From Mobula hypostoma (Eukaryota), in assembly GCF_963921235.1 (NCBI RefSeq), contig NC_086109.1, forward strand, positions 34,660,001 to 34,724,000: DNA of 64,000 bases. Direction: 5' to 3'. The notes under the pieces were generated by a model. That model saw only the letters and a list, made by a program, of their open reading frames with translations. It ran no database searches and was not told where the DNA came from. Below, piece after piece: positions 1 to 12,329 of this stretch (position 1 is its first letter; every line of letters begins with the position of its first letter). A program made the translations under genes and the position numbers.

Positions 1-265
1 GAAGCGTCTTTGATTAACAGCATTAATCCAATTTATCGTATTTGTATTGGTATCCTCCCTCTATAATGTTCATAGCGATTCAAAAGAAGAGATGTGTGAA
101 ATTGCTTATGCAGGAGCCTGCTTTAACAGATGAACTCATGCAACCTCTTCCTTTGTAAAAACAAATTGGTAGAAACATGCAATGCTGTACCTATCAAAGT
201 GATTTTAGTACAAGATTAAAAAAAGGATGATTGGAGTGGAAGGGTTCTGCAATATGCAATATATT

Positions 266-1205
266 CAGCACATAATTCTCTGGAACTTCCGCCATCCCCA
301 ACAGGATCCTACCACCAAGCGTATCTTCCCCTTCCCCCCTTTCTACTTTCCACAAGGATTGCTCCCTACGCGAATCCTTTGTCCATTCATCCTTCCCCAC
401 TAATATCTCTCTTGGCACTTATCCCTGCAAGCAGAACAAGTGCTACACCTGCCCCTACACCTCCTCCCTCACTACTATTCAGGGCCCCAAACATTCCTTC
501 CAGGTGAGGCGACACTTCACCTGTGAGTCTGTTGGGGTCATATGCTATGTCCGCTTCTCCCAATGTGACCTCCTGTATATTGGTGAGACCCGACATAGAT
601 TGGGAGTCCATTTCACTGTGCACCTACGCTCCGTCTGCCAGAAGAAGTGGGATCTCTCAGTGGCCACCCATTTTAATTCCATTTACCATTCCCATCCTTA
701 TATATCAATCCATGGCCTCCTCTACTGTCGTGATGAGGCTACACTCAGGTTGGAGGAACAACACTTTATATTCTGTCTGGTTAGCCTCCAACCTGATGCC
801 ACTAATATTGATTTCTCGAATTTTTGGTAACGCACCCCTGCTCTTCCACGCTTCACCATTCCCCATTCCCTCTCCCACCTTATATCCTTGCCTGCCCATC
901 GCCTCCCTCTGGTAATCCTCCCCCCTCTTCTTTCTTCCATCGCCTTCTGTTCTCTCTTATCAGACTCCCCCTTCTCCAGCCCTGTATCTCTTTCACCAAC
1001 TTCCCAGCTCTTTACTTCACCCCTCCCCCTCCCAGTTTCACCTACCACCGTGTGCTTCTCTCTACTCCCCCCACCTTCTAACTCCACTCCTCATCTTATT
1101 TCTCCAGTCCTGCTGAAGGGTTCTGGCCCGAAACATCGACTGTGCTTTTCCTCATAGATGGTGCCTGGTCTGCTGAGTTCCTCCAGCATTTTGTGTGTGT
1201 TGCTT
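266..1205 (+). mobile_element. Penelope-like retroelement, 5'-truncated (linker, GIY-YIG endonuclease, 3' repeat)
   Basis: ORF 504-830 reads HFTCES.GVICY...LYIGET...LEEQH, a PLE GIY-YIG domain. It is followed by a pyrimidine-rich 3' region, a hammerhead-like motif at 1105-1142 with a variant core (CTGCTGA), and the end TGTGTGTTGC. Confidence 0.9.
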
Positions 1206-1319
1206 ACACTTTTAGGATACTGTATTGAGTTTGACTGAAGTTTAGAGATAGAGATGTGCATCTGAATTGTTCTGAGCTGAGCCGAATGATGTTATTTGCT
1301 GGTTTCCTAAACTGACCAT

Positions 1320-1412
1320 CAGACATCCCACCCTGCAAAAACTCACGTCAGGGAGGTAGCACCATCAATTTGCGGGAGACTCCCTTAACTTCTGGGAGAG
1401 GTGGGATGTCTG
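1320..1412. mobile_element. 93-bp mini hAT-type element (solo end unit of the element at 13503-14151)
   Basis: 13-bp terminal inverted repeats (TIRs) CAGACATCCCACC / GGTGGGATGTCTG. Flanks GACCAT and CACCAT match at 5 of 6 positions. Closely similar to 13503-13586. Confidence 0.8.
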
Positions 1413-1616
1413 CACCATTGCTGAGAAGGAGTGAGAATGAAAGCCAGAGCTCCAAAGTGTAGTCAAAAGCAGAAGGGTAAGAAGCGGCACAACTTGACTG
1501 CTTTGAACAGAATCCATCCATTGCACACATACCAGCTTAAAATGGCAGCATATTTTAACCGCCACAAGTTCACACCTTGCAAGTCTGACACCACTGAAAG
1601 CAGGAACAGTCATATG

Positions 1617-1710
1617 GGTCGAAGGGTCTCAGCCTGAAACGTCGTCTGTACCTCTTCCTAGAGATGCTGCCTGGCCTGCTGCGTTCACCAGCAACTTTGA
1701 TGTGTGTTGC
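1617..1710 (+). mobile_element. Very short Penelope 3'-end insertion
   Basis: Matches 21161-21249 and is flanked by the direct repeat AGTCATATG (1608-1616 and 1711-1719). Confidence 0.85.
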
Positions 1711-2096
1711 AGTCATATGATTTCTTCAGAAGGATGCCTCGGAGACAATGTCAACATAGTATTGAAACCAGTGTGGAACTGGATTTGTTTAGTCTTTGCA
1801 GCACCAGTGGCAATGGTGAAAAGCAGAGTGGTATCAAGAGAAAACAATGGTTATGCGGTTAATGTATCAAAGCAGCAATTTCGGTATATCTTAAGCTAAT
1901 ATTTCATAACTATTCTTCCAAATACTAGAGATACAGAGTACAGTAAATTTGAAAGGATACACAAAGTATTGAAGACATTTAGTTCAGCAATAGTTCATAT
2001 TTAGTGCTTCACAAAAATCAATGGTTGTAGATGATGATATTAATCAACATTGATGGACCAAGAATAGTTCAGAAAATTGGAAGAGATATTGACATA

Positions 2097-2596
2097 CACT
2101 ACTGTACAGAAGTCTTAGGCACACATATATAGACAGTGCCTAAGTTGTTTGCATATTACTGTAATTGTCAACATGGAGTGGAGAGCGAGTTTGTAAATCT
2201 GGCAGGAGCAAAGAATGTTGGGAATAGTGAGGGTGGAGCACCATACGAGGGGTGTGGGGCAGGTGGCAGAGAAGGAGAGCCAGGGGTGGGAGGTGTCAAG
2301 GGTGCCAACACACCCAGCCTGAGACACCAGGCAAGGTCTTTTGATTCCGAACAATTGTTTCATTGATCATTAAAGAATGACTGTCAGGTGCTTCCTGCTC
2401 CCTCCCCTCTCCCTGCCACCTTCCCACTCTCAGTCCCCAAAAGAGACCCATATCAGAATCAGGTTTACTGCTACTCACATGCATCATGAATTTTTTTTTT
2501 TGGCAGAAGCAGTACATAAAATTAACACAGTATTGGGCAAAAGTCTTTGGCACCCTGGCTATATATTCATCTGTGCTTAAGACGTGCACAATATAG
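2097..2596. mobile_element. Tc1/mariner-type non-autonomous element with doubled ends
   Basis: Flanked by TA. Degenerate TIR of the type CAGTACTGTGCAAAAGTCTTAGGCAC at 2097 and about 2528, with inverted copies at about 2136-2161 and 2573-2596. Confidence 0.65.
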
Positions 2597-3283
2597 TAGA
2601 TTGGCAAACTCACACTAAGTTCTGTTATTAGGAAAGTATGCATCAAAGTCCAAGTATACCTGCACAATAATGATTGTATTGCATGTTCCTTTCCAATTTG
2701 TTCTCAAACCATTCGATTCTAAGCTTTGAATAACCAAGTGAGAGAAGAATTACATAAATCAGACTGAAATAGACTTTTGCCAAAAATAATCAAGAATAAC
2801 AAGGCAATGTCAAAAACAGAAAAGACTATAACACTGTTTGTTGAATACCATGTAAAATTAAATCAACTGTTGACAACAAATCATACCTGTTGCCTACTTT
2901 TCAGAAGCAATATGTAGAATTGTTAGGAGACAAAGCTTTCACTTGACTGGATCTAATCCATGCAAAACTTCAGCTGTAAGTGGAAAGGATGAGTTGGTAA
3001 TACTTGACAATCAATATGTTAAAGGATTTTTACTCTTAAAGGTAACTGTCTTTTCATACATAGTCATCAATGAAGATCTTTCAGGCTACCAGGAGGGAAG
3101 AGACTGCAAGGCACAGATTATTGTCTGCAATCATGGCAATGTATTATGGGGGGATTGATAATTTCATAGTAGTCATAAGCATCCAGAAGAATAATAAATA
3201 AAATGAACATTGCGGCCATATATCTATTTTATTCTGTCTGTATTGTATTTTGTGTTGTGCGTCTATTATGGGTAATGGTAATT

Positions 3284-3676
3284 TGTCACATGGGTTGGGA
3301 CGTGGTAAAAGCATATGAGTGTAGTCGTGTATACTCTCTTTGTCCTTGTTACATAGTTTAGGTTAGTTAGAAGCAACTGGGGACATGGTTGGTTATTTTT
3401 ATCGATTGCTTAACTACACTAATTTACATGCTAATTACACTTATTCTACTTATTTTGTTACCCAGCTAATCTTAGTTTTGTTAATTTCTAATGTCACCAA
3501 AAGATTGTTTATCTGTGCTCATTTCCTAATAAAGGACTGGACTTATGCTTTTTCAACTTAGAACTCAGTTACATTGAAGCGCATAATCCGGTGTCAGTTC
3601 TCGTAGTTAGTCTCTTAATGGTTTTGATTTGTTTTCAAGTAACCCAGTATAGAGAAACTAAATTATGTTAGTGACA
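3284..3676 (+). mobile_element. Possible old solo LTR
   Basis: TGTCAC...GTGACA termini and an internal AATAAA near 3528. The 5-bp flanks TAATT and CAACT differ by two transitions. Confidence 0.4.
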
Positions 3677-3779
3677 CAACTCTTAGGTTCCATTCAGACA
3701 CAGCTGGAACATTGTCTCATTTGGTGATATAAATGTGTATGTTTGAATGTCAATAAATTTGAACTTCAACTTGAACTGT

Positions 3780-4063
3780 TAGTTTGGGAAACAGCTTCTG
3801 CCCAGGCCAGAAGACTGCTGAACTCCCTGCTACTACCCAGGAATCATCATGTATCAAGAACCAGTAGTGTTATACTGTTTACTTTTTAACCTGTAATGTA
3901 TATGCACCTTACTATTTGTTAATGTATTTGTGGTAATATTGCTCTGTGTGTTAAGTGTGTAAGTTATATGTACTATGTTATGCACCCTGTTCCAGAGGAA
4001 CATTGTTTCGTTTGGCGGTATACATATGTATGATTGAATGACAATAAACTGACCTTGAACTTG
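3780..4063 (+). mobile_element. Rex1/L2-type LINE 3' end fragment
   Basis: AACAGCTTC...AGACTGCTGAAC end-of-ORF motif shared with the other Rex1 copies, then AATAAA and a (CTTGAA)-type tail. Confidence 0.55.
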
Positions 4064-4149
4064 ATCCCCTCAACAAAAAACTAAATCAAGCAGATCAACA
4101 TCCACTTGACTAAACTGCCCCCTTGGTGTTTCTCATCCATGTACTTAAA

Positions 4150-4432
4150 ATGCAGTTAGCATGATGCTGTTACAGCTTGGGGTGTTGGAGTTCAGAGTTC
4201 AATGCCAGCATCTTCTGTAAAGCGTCTATATTTTCTCCCAGAGGAATGCATGGGCTTTCCCTAAGTGTTCTGGTTTCCTTCCACAGTCCAAAAACATACT
4301 GAATAGGTCAGTCGGTTGCTATGAATTGTCCAGTGATTAGGTTAGGGTTAAACAGGGTTGTTTGGTGTTGCTGGTGTGGCACAGCTTGAAGGGCCCAGAA
4401 GGCTGTACTCCATGTTGTGTTGGTAAATAAAA
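4150..4432 (+). mobile_element. tRNA-derived CORE-type SINE, degenerate
   Basis: B-box-like GAGTTCAATGCC, core-like TGGGCTTTCC...TGGTTTCCTTCCACAGTCCAAAAAC, CR1-like tail GAAGGGCC... and an A-rich end. Confidence 0.65.
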
Positions 4433-5299
4433 AGAATGCTACTTCAGTGCAACAGTCTCCTTTGGCTGCAACCAAAGCAGGGAGGTAGTTGCTCCTGTGG
4501 AGTAATTGGCAGTTGATTGCGATTGGTGACTGTGAGGAAATCTGGACCTTAATGACCTCAAATGAACCTGCACCTTTCCCTGTGAGTGGCAACTTGGGCT
4601 TCTTGGCTGATGGGCAAGAGCTAGCAGACTGTTGAAGTGGCATGAATGTTGACATGACAGAGGATGACTAGTCTGCACTCTAAGGAGCCATGGTCACTGC
4701 CAGGTCATTGGATTATTTAGCCCAGCAATCTGCTGCAGTACAGATGGCTGCAGTTCCCTGGCATTCTCAAAGCCCAGGTTACAGTGGAATTCAGATTCAT
4801 GATGGCAGCAAGTTGACCTTTGATGCCAGAAAGATGTCAGAAGTTTCACAGGATTACTTGTAAAGTTCTGTGAGAAGAGGCAGAGGCCTAAGTCTTAGAG
4901 GTCATTTTGGCTCAGCCATAGTGTGAGGAGCTAATGCACAAGTCTGAAGTCTGAGGCTTTGGAAATGAGGCACAAGAGAGTACCAAGTAATATCTGGCAA
5001 GGTTGTTTTTGAAATATATAGCACTTAACTAAAAGATACCAAATTACAACAAATTAAACAAAATAGCAATGCAGGATCAAGTAATGTGTCATAGCTGCAT
5101 GATGTGGGAGCTGGTGGACCTCATGTAATGAACAAGGTATGGACATTGTGAATCCAAGTGCAGAGTAAGGTCTAGAACACAGTCAAACTCAGACTCAAAA
5201 TAAATAAGATGACACAAGCAAAATCTAAAGGCAAAATCACAAACAATTGTACTTGGAATGGATCTCATATGATTGAGCACTGAGTGTTCATCACGAGGC

Positions 5300-7570
5300 C
5301 TTTAAGTGCAGACTTTCCATGAAGGGATGTGGCAAGCAATAATTGGCAGTCTGAGTCTTAAAGGGATAGCGGCAGCTAACCATACCCTGGGGAACTGGAG
5401 TGCTGAAACTTAGATGCCTGCTGCAGTCCCATTGCAACCATGACACCCCATTGTGGTTCCTAGTATGTAGCAAGTGTTGGTTGCTCGAGAAAATCAGGCT
5501 CATTGTTGTTGACCTGGAAGCTGAGCTTCAGACACGACAGTCCTTCAGTGGGGTGGGGAAATTGCCTGGACACTGTGTTTCAGGAGGCAGTCACACCCAT
5601 TAGATTAACCATTTCAAATTTGGTCTGTGGCCAGGGACAAGAGGGTGTGACTATGAGAGAGGAAGTTAGGTTGATCTCAGTGGTCGTGCTGGAGTTGCCT
5701 CAGCCCTTGAGCTTGCCCAGCGTATCTGAGGTAGTTATTCCCTGTGACATTGAGAGTTGAGGCCGTAGGAAGAATGGTACCTTAGCACCATTGTTCAGCA
5801 AAACATTCATGAGGGAGAAGAGAAAAGAAAGGTAGATAGCATAATCCGGGGAGTAAACATAATTCTCTGTCACAAAGATTGAGAGTCCCAAAGGTTGTGA
5901 TGTCTGCCTGATGTCCTGGTTCAGGTCATCTCATATGACCTGCAGAGGAATTTGTAGTGGGAGAGGAAAGATCCAGTTGTCATGGTCCATGTCAGTATCA
6001 ATGATGTAGAAAGAATAAGGAAAGAGGTTCTGCTAAGGGAAGTTGAACTGCTGGGACTAAATTAAAACACAAGACCCTGGATTTTTACCTGAGCTATACG
6101 TCAATTGGCACAGGGTTGATAAGATCTGAGAACTAAATGTATGGCTCCAAAGGTTGATGTGGAAGAAGTATTGGGGATGGAGGAAGCTTTACCAATGGAA
6201 CTGGCTCCACCTGAACCATACTGGGACCAGGGCCCTGGTGAATCACTTAACTAGGGTTATGGATACAGCTTTAAACTAAATAGTTTGGGATGGGTTCAAC
6301 AACTTGGAAACGCTTTGATAAAGTAAAACTGGAGAGTGCAGGAGACGTTGCAGAAGCCTCCTAAATAAAGAATTAGACAAAAAATTAGAAAAATATAGGA
6401 ATTTTACTTCAGGTAACATGGAGACAAAAGTAAAAAGCTTAGTGAATACTGGACTGAAGTTGTTATTTTTTAATGAAGGTAGTGTACATAATAAGGTCGA
6501 TGTTCTTGTAGTGCAGGTATGACATTATAGATATTATTGAGTTACAGTTGAAAGAAGATCACAGTTGGGAGCTTACCATCGTATTGAAAGAGCAGGCAGG
6601 TGGGCTGAGTTGGTGGGATGGCTTTGTTGGTAAAAATTGAAATCAAATCCTTACAAAGAAGTGACAAAGGATCAGGAGATGTAAAATTCTGGTGGGTAGA
6701 GTTAAGAAACTGCAAGGGTAAAAAGACCCTGATGGGAGTTATACACAAGCCTCCGAACAGTAGCCAGGATATAGGGTACAAATTACAAAGGGAGAGAGAA
6801 AAGACATGTAAAAATGTTACGATGGTCATGGGGTATCTGAAGATGCAGATAGATGGGAAAATCAGACCACAATAGAAGGAACTTGTAGCGTGCCTACAAG
6901 ATTTTTTTTAGAGCAGTTTGTGATTGAGCCCACCAGGGAAAAGGCTTTCCTAGTGGGCTCAATCACAAAGGCTTCACTGGATTATGTATTGTGTAATATA
7001 CCAGATTTGATTCAGGAGCTTAAGGCAAAGGAACCCATCAGAGGCAGTGATAATAATATGATTAAATTCAGTTTGAGAGGATGAATCTAAAATCAGATAT
7101 ATTGGTATTGTAGTTGGCCAAATATAACTATAGAGGTGTATGGGAAGAGCTAGCCTAAGTTGATTGGAAAGGGACAATAGCAGGGATGATGGTAGACCAG
7201 CAATAGCTGGAGTTGGAAAGCAGGGAGAATACTTTTCCTGGTCGGGATGTTTGGAATGAGAGGTTCACAGTTTCAGGTTATAGGGCAAGAGGTTTAGGAT
7301 TGAGATGTTACTCATGGTAGTGAACCTATTGAGTTCACTACTACAAAGGTTCAGGGTGATAGGAAGGAGTTTGAGGGGAAGGTTTTTGCACAGAGAATAA
7401 TTGATACCTGGAACTTGCTGTCAAGGAGGTAGTGGAATAAGATACAGCCACATTTCAGAAGCCTTCATTGGGCATTTGAATAGGCAAGGCACAGATGGAT
7501 AATGTGGGAAAATGGCATTGTAGATGGCATGGACATGGTAGGGCAAAAGACCTGATTCTCTGCTGTACAA
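5300..7570 (+). mobile_element. Old, internally deleted CR1 LINE (ORF1 esterase and ORF2 endonuclease remnants plus 3' end)
   Basis: ORF pieces WVELRNCKGKKTLMGVIHKPPNS and FLEQFVIEPTREKA...LDYVLCN...GSDNNMI are AP-endonuclease-like. 5860-6280 resembles ORF1 at 60430-60860. Confidence 0.8.
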
Positions 7571-7650
7571 CTTGATGACTCAATGGCGTTGTTGTGGGTC
7601 CGGATAAACATATGACCAGGCAGAGTAAGGATTTATATTTCAAATGAGAA

Positions 7651-8336
7651 TTAGATTATGAGAACACTCAGTCCTCTTTTATTGTCATTTAGAAATGCAT
7701 ACATGCATTAAGAAATGATACAATGTTTCTCCAGAGTGATATCATAGAAAAACAGGACAAACCAAAGACTAACACTGACAGAACCACATAATTATAACAT
7801 TTAGTTACAGCAGTGCAAAGCAATGCCATAATTTGATGAAGAACAAACCATGGGCATGATAAAAAAAAGTCTCAAAGTCCCCAAGTTGATCGACTCCTGA
7901 GTCCCTGATAGCAGGCGGCAAAAGGGAGAAACTCCCTGCCATAAACCTCCAGGTACCGTCAACTTGCCGATCCCTCGGAAGCAGCTGACCACAGCCGACA
8001 CTGAGTCTATCCATCAAAAAAATTTGAGCTTCCGACCAGCCCCTCCGATACAGCCTCCCAAGCGCTATCCTCTGCCAAGTGCCTTCGACCTCGCCCCGGC
8101 CGCTGAAACAAACAAAGCCGAGGATTCAGGGACTTCTGCTCCGGAGATTCTGGTTACCACACAGTAGCAGCAACAGCGAAGCGGGCATTTCAGAAGTTTC
8201 TCCAGCTGTTCCTCCATACTCTCACGTCTGTCTCCATCAAATCAGAATTGTGCACGGTCCCCTACTTGACACATTACAGATATCACTCACCGGAGGGGCC
8301 GTGCGCGCTGCCGTCGCGCCGCCATCTTCTCCTCCT
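7651..8336 (-). mobile_element. Non-autonomous retroelement of about 0.7 kb (copy 1)
   Basis: Collinear with 45998-46657. On the minus strand it starts GGAGAAGATGGCGGCG and ends AATAAAAGAGGACTGAGTGTTCTCATAATCTAA. Confidence 0.8.
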
Positions 8337-8818
8337 CCCATAATTCATAACCCAAGCAGTTTTTCATGATAATTCATAAGTTTCATAGTCATCATTCCAG
8401 ATAATAGCTTTATATTCTGTATCTATTTCTATAAATTGACTTCAATTTTCCAGGTAATTTATAAATATCTTGGTTAAATGATGGAGGTGGGTATGCTGTG
8501 GAAGTTTGAGGCAATGAATGCAATTGGCAGGATATAAAGGCTGAAGATCTGTTTACCAATTTTCCTGAGAGTGGCATATCATCCAAGTCATCTAAGTGGA
8601 ATTTCCAAAATTGACTTCTCGGTTAGGTGCTCCTATCTGAACATCTGCCTGGAGTTACCTAGTCTCTCTGTGATACAAGGTGGCATTCCTTTCTCCAATA
8701 ACCTTTGCTGAAGCACTCAGTGCACCAGCTAATATCCTGTAATCCCAACCTGCTTCCATGTTGTGCTGTTCTTAAATGTTTCCCAGGTCAGGTGCACTTC
8801 ATGCTCAAGGTCCTACAT

Positions 8819-10070
8819 GATCAGAATCAGAATCAGAATCAGGTTTATTATTGGCATGTGACATGAAATTTGTTAACTTAGCAGTAGCAGTTCAATGCAA
8901 TACGTAATCTAGCAGAAAAAAAAATAATAAATAAGCAAGTAAATCAATTACGAATATTGAATAGATTAAAAAAATGTGCAAAAACAGAAATACTGTATAT
9001 TAAAAAAAACTGAGGTAGGGTCTAAAGATTCAATGTCCATTTAGGAATCGGATGGCAGAGGGGAAGAAGCTGTTCCTGAACTGCTGAGTGTGTGCCTTCA
9101 GGCTTCTGTACCTCCTACCTGATGGTAACAGTGAGAAAAGCACCCTGGGTGCTGGAGGTCCTTAATGATGGACGCTGCCTTTCTGAGACACCACTCCCTA
9201 AAGATGTCCTGGATACTTTGTACGCTAGTGCCCAAGATGGAGCTGACTAGATTTACAAAGTTCTGCAGGTTCTTTCAGTCCTGTGCAGTAGCCCCTCCAT
9301 ACCACACAGTGATGCAGCCTGTCAGAATGCTCTCTACAGTACAAATATAGAAGTTTTTGAGTTTACTTGTTGACATGCTAAAAATCTTCAAACTCCTACT
9401 AAAGTATAGCCACTGTCTTGCCTTCTTTATAACTACATCGATATGTTGGGACCAGGTTAGATCCTCAGAGATCTTGACACCAAGGAACTTGAACCTGCTC
9501 ATTCTCTCCACTTCTGATCCCTCTGAGGATTGGTATGTGTTCCTTCGTCTTACCCTTCCTGAAGTCCACAATCAGCTCTTTCATCTTACTGACGTTGAGT
9601 GCTAGGTTGTTGCTGCGGTATCACTGCACTAGTTGGCATATCTCGCTCCTGTACGCCCTCTCGCCACCTGAGATTCTACCAACAATGGTTGTATCGTCAG
9701 CAAATTTATAGATGGTATTTGAGCTATGCCTAGCCAATCAGTCATGTGTATATAGAGAGTAGAGCAGTGGGCTAAGCACACACCCATGAGGTGCGCCAGT
9801 GTTGATTGTCAGCGAAGAGAACAATCCCCACAGATTGTGGTCATCAGATTTGGAAGTCGAGGACCCAATTGCAAAGGGAGATACAGAAGCCCAGGTTCTG
9901 CAACTTCTCAATCAGGATTGTGGGAATGATGGTATTAAATGCTGAGCTATAGTCAATGAACAGCATCCTAGTCAATGAACAGCATCCTGACGTAGGTGCT
10001 TGTGATGTCCAGCTAGTCTAAAGCCGTGTGGAGAGCCATTGAGGTTGCGTCTGCCGTTGACCAATTGCGG
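8819..10070 (-). mobile_element. Rex1/Babar-type LINE, 5'-truncated
   Basis: ORF 9275-9571 reads FKFLGVKISEDLTW...FYICTVESILTGCITVWYG. RT motif KFADDTT lies near 9685-9705, and a (CTGATT)n tail lies at 8819-8843. Confidence 0.9.
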
Positions 10071-10988
10071 CGATAAGACCAATCGAACCAAAATTTACAT
10101 TCTCCTTCACAGATGGATGGTGTCTATAAAAGGAGCAGGACACTCTCATTGGTGGCTCTCTGTCACTCCATCTATCCAAGCAATAAGGTTGTTAGCAATG
10201 GCTGGATGTTCAAATTATATATATTTAACCAGATTTGGTGTCTGCGTTTTTTGTTCCTGTGCTTTCTCTTTGGATATTTTCTAATTAAGCCCCTTTAACT
10301 GTCTAATTTTTATCATCATTTCTTGTTTTAGAAGATAATCAGAATCCTATAATTAAATAATTATAAACATGTTTGAAGGTAGTCAAAATGAATATAGGCA
10401 ATTCATAAAGGTGAATGCAATGTATTTCTTTATATAATGGGAAAACCTAGCCTGTACTGAACAGAAAATAATGATAGGAGAATCTCATAGCTGTAGTTAG
10501 GTGCATAGTGCTATGCCTGAAATCCCTGACAAATAATCTGCATTGATTTTCACTGACAGAATTACATCTGCAGTAGGTCCACCAGAAATACATGCATGCA
10601 AAAAGTTTAGAAGTTTTGTATTCTTCCAGGCCAATTATGTGCACTGTGCAGTTTATACCCCTCTTTTATTTCCGGTGTTATTTTTCTTTTGTATTATCAG
10701 GCATTATTTTAGACATAAACAGAAATATGAAAACAAGTTTTCTTTTCAAAACTTTACAGGAACTCCACAGATAAACTATTATTCTTTTATTTCATATATT
10801 ATCAATTAACAAATTAATCACCTACTGGTAATGTTTTTACAATTATATGTTCTGTATTTCTTAGTTGCTGACCAATGATGTTGTCCCATTCTTATATTTA
10901 TCTTACGAATGAATCAATCTTGTGAATCAGCAAGTTACAGTGATGCATTTTAATGAAACACATGACAACATCAGTTAACACTCTAGCA

Positions 10989-12193
10989 CAGGGGTCCCCA
11001 ACCTTTTTTGCACTGCGGACCGGTTTAATATTGACAATATTCTTGCGGACCGGCCGACCGGGGGGTGGGGGGGGCTAGGGTTGCCAACGGACAAGAGTAG
11101 CAGTCAAATGCGTTGTTTACCCAAAAGACTACAATGACCATGAAGCCTTACGCGGGCACCAATGCGCATAAGCGTTGTGACCCGCCAATTCCCCCCCACC
11201 ACTCCAAGAAAATCCTTTCTGGCGATTCTGTTCGGGAGGGGCGGTGTTAATCACTACTGGAATATAGGTGATAAGTGGGTAATACACTCAATTTTGTTTC
11301 TAAAAGGGTTTATCTACGAATTTAATATTAAACACACAGCGCATATTTTCCTCACATAAATATAATGATAAGTCAATTATCAGGGGAGCTTGAAGTGTTG
11401 AACGAACTTCCAGTAGAAGTGGCAGAAGCAGGTTCGATATGATCATTTATCGAAAAATTGGATAGGTATATGGACAGGAAAGGAATGGAGGGTTATGGGC
11501 TGAGTGCAGGTTGGTGGGACTAGGTGAGAGCAGTGTTCGGCACGGACTAGAAGGGCCGAGATGGCCTGTTTCCGTGCTGTAATTGTTATATGGTTATAAG
11601 AGTCACTTATAAGTCAATAGCATCATAACATTTTAAGTAACATTTGGACATTAAACGCACAGCACATATTTTCCCCGTATGAATATATAAAATCATTGCA
11701 ACACACCAATATCGCTGAATCAGTGGGAGCCCTGGGCTTGTTTCCCTGCAAAGAGACGGCCCTATCGAGGGGTGATGGGAGACAGCGATACTCGAAGGGG
11801 GTTCCTTATGTCCAGTCTATTCCGCAGTTTAGTTTTCGTTGCATTCATTGCAGAAATATGTTGGAAATAGAAACAATGTTTTCAGTGCTTTCATGGCTAT
11901 CTCAGGATATTTAACCTTGACTTTGATCCAAAATGCTGACAGAGATTTTATGTCAAACATACTTTTCAGCCTGCCATCATTTGCAAGCTCGAGGAGTTGA
12001 TGGCCTTCCCGCCCTGACACGGATGACGCGTGGGTCATGACCTTGCATGTGTAATGGCTCAACAGTGGGCATGACAGAGAATGAGGAAAGGTGCAGCTGA
12101 CTCATATGGCCAATCATATTGTTTCCTCGCGGCCCGGTTGCGCATGCTCTGCGGCCCGGTACCGGTCCGCGGCCCGGTGGTTGGGGACCACTG
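10989..12193 (-). mobile_element. hAT Charlie/Buster-type deleted transposon
   Basis: TIRs CAGGGGTCCCCAACC / GGTTGGGGACCACTG and a perfect 8-bp TSD CTCTAGCA with central TA (10981-10988, 12194-12201). Minus-strand remnant LLELAND...FWIKVKVKYPEIAMKALKTLFLFPTYFC resembles the hAT dimerisation region. Confidence 0.93.
11395..11598 (+). mobile_element. CR1 3' end nested inside the hAT element
   Basis: Homologous to the CR1 3' UTR at 63685-63876, with a GTTATATGGTTATA tail. Confidence 0.8.
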
Positions 12194-12329
12194 CTCTAGC
12201 AAACTTCCATGCTATTTTTTTTTACAGAATACTCAGCTTCAGTATTGTGGTTGAGGTCTGTCTCTAATGAATGGCTTTATTGTACCCTAGAAATAGCAGT
12301 TATAAAAACCAACAATTCTCTTCCTTGGT

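Noticed and set aside
4150..4210. tRNA gene
   Set aside because: Only a decayed SINE head is present, and no cloverleaf can be built.
9950..9987. 19-bp tandem duplication TAGTCAATGAACAGCATCC
   Set aside because: It is a local duplication that frameshifts a dead Rex1 RT, with no sign of function.
10113..10187. Possible plus-strand exon after a strong acceptor
   Set aside because: The donor is poor (GTTGTT), two frames are open, and no peptide is recognisable.
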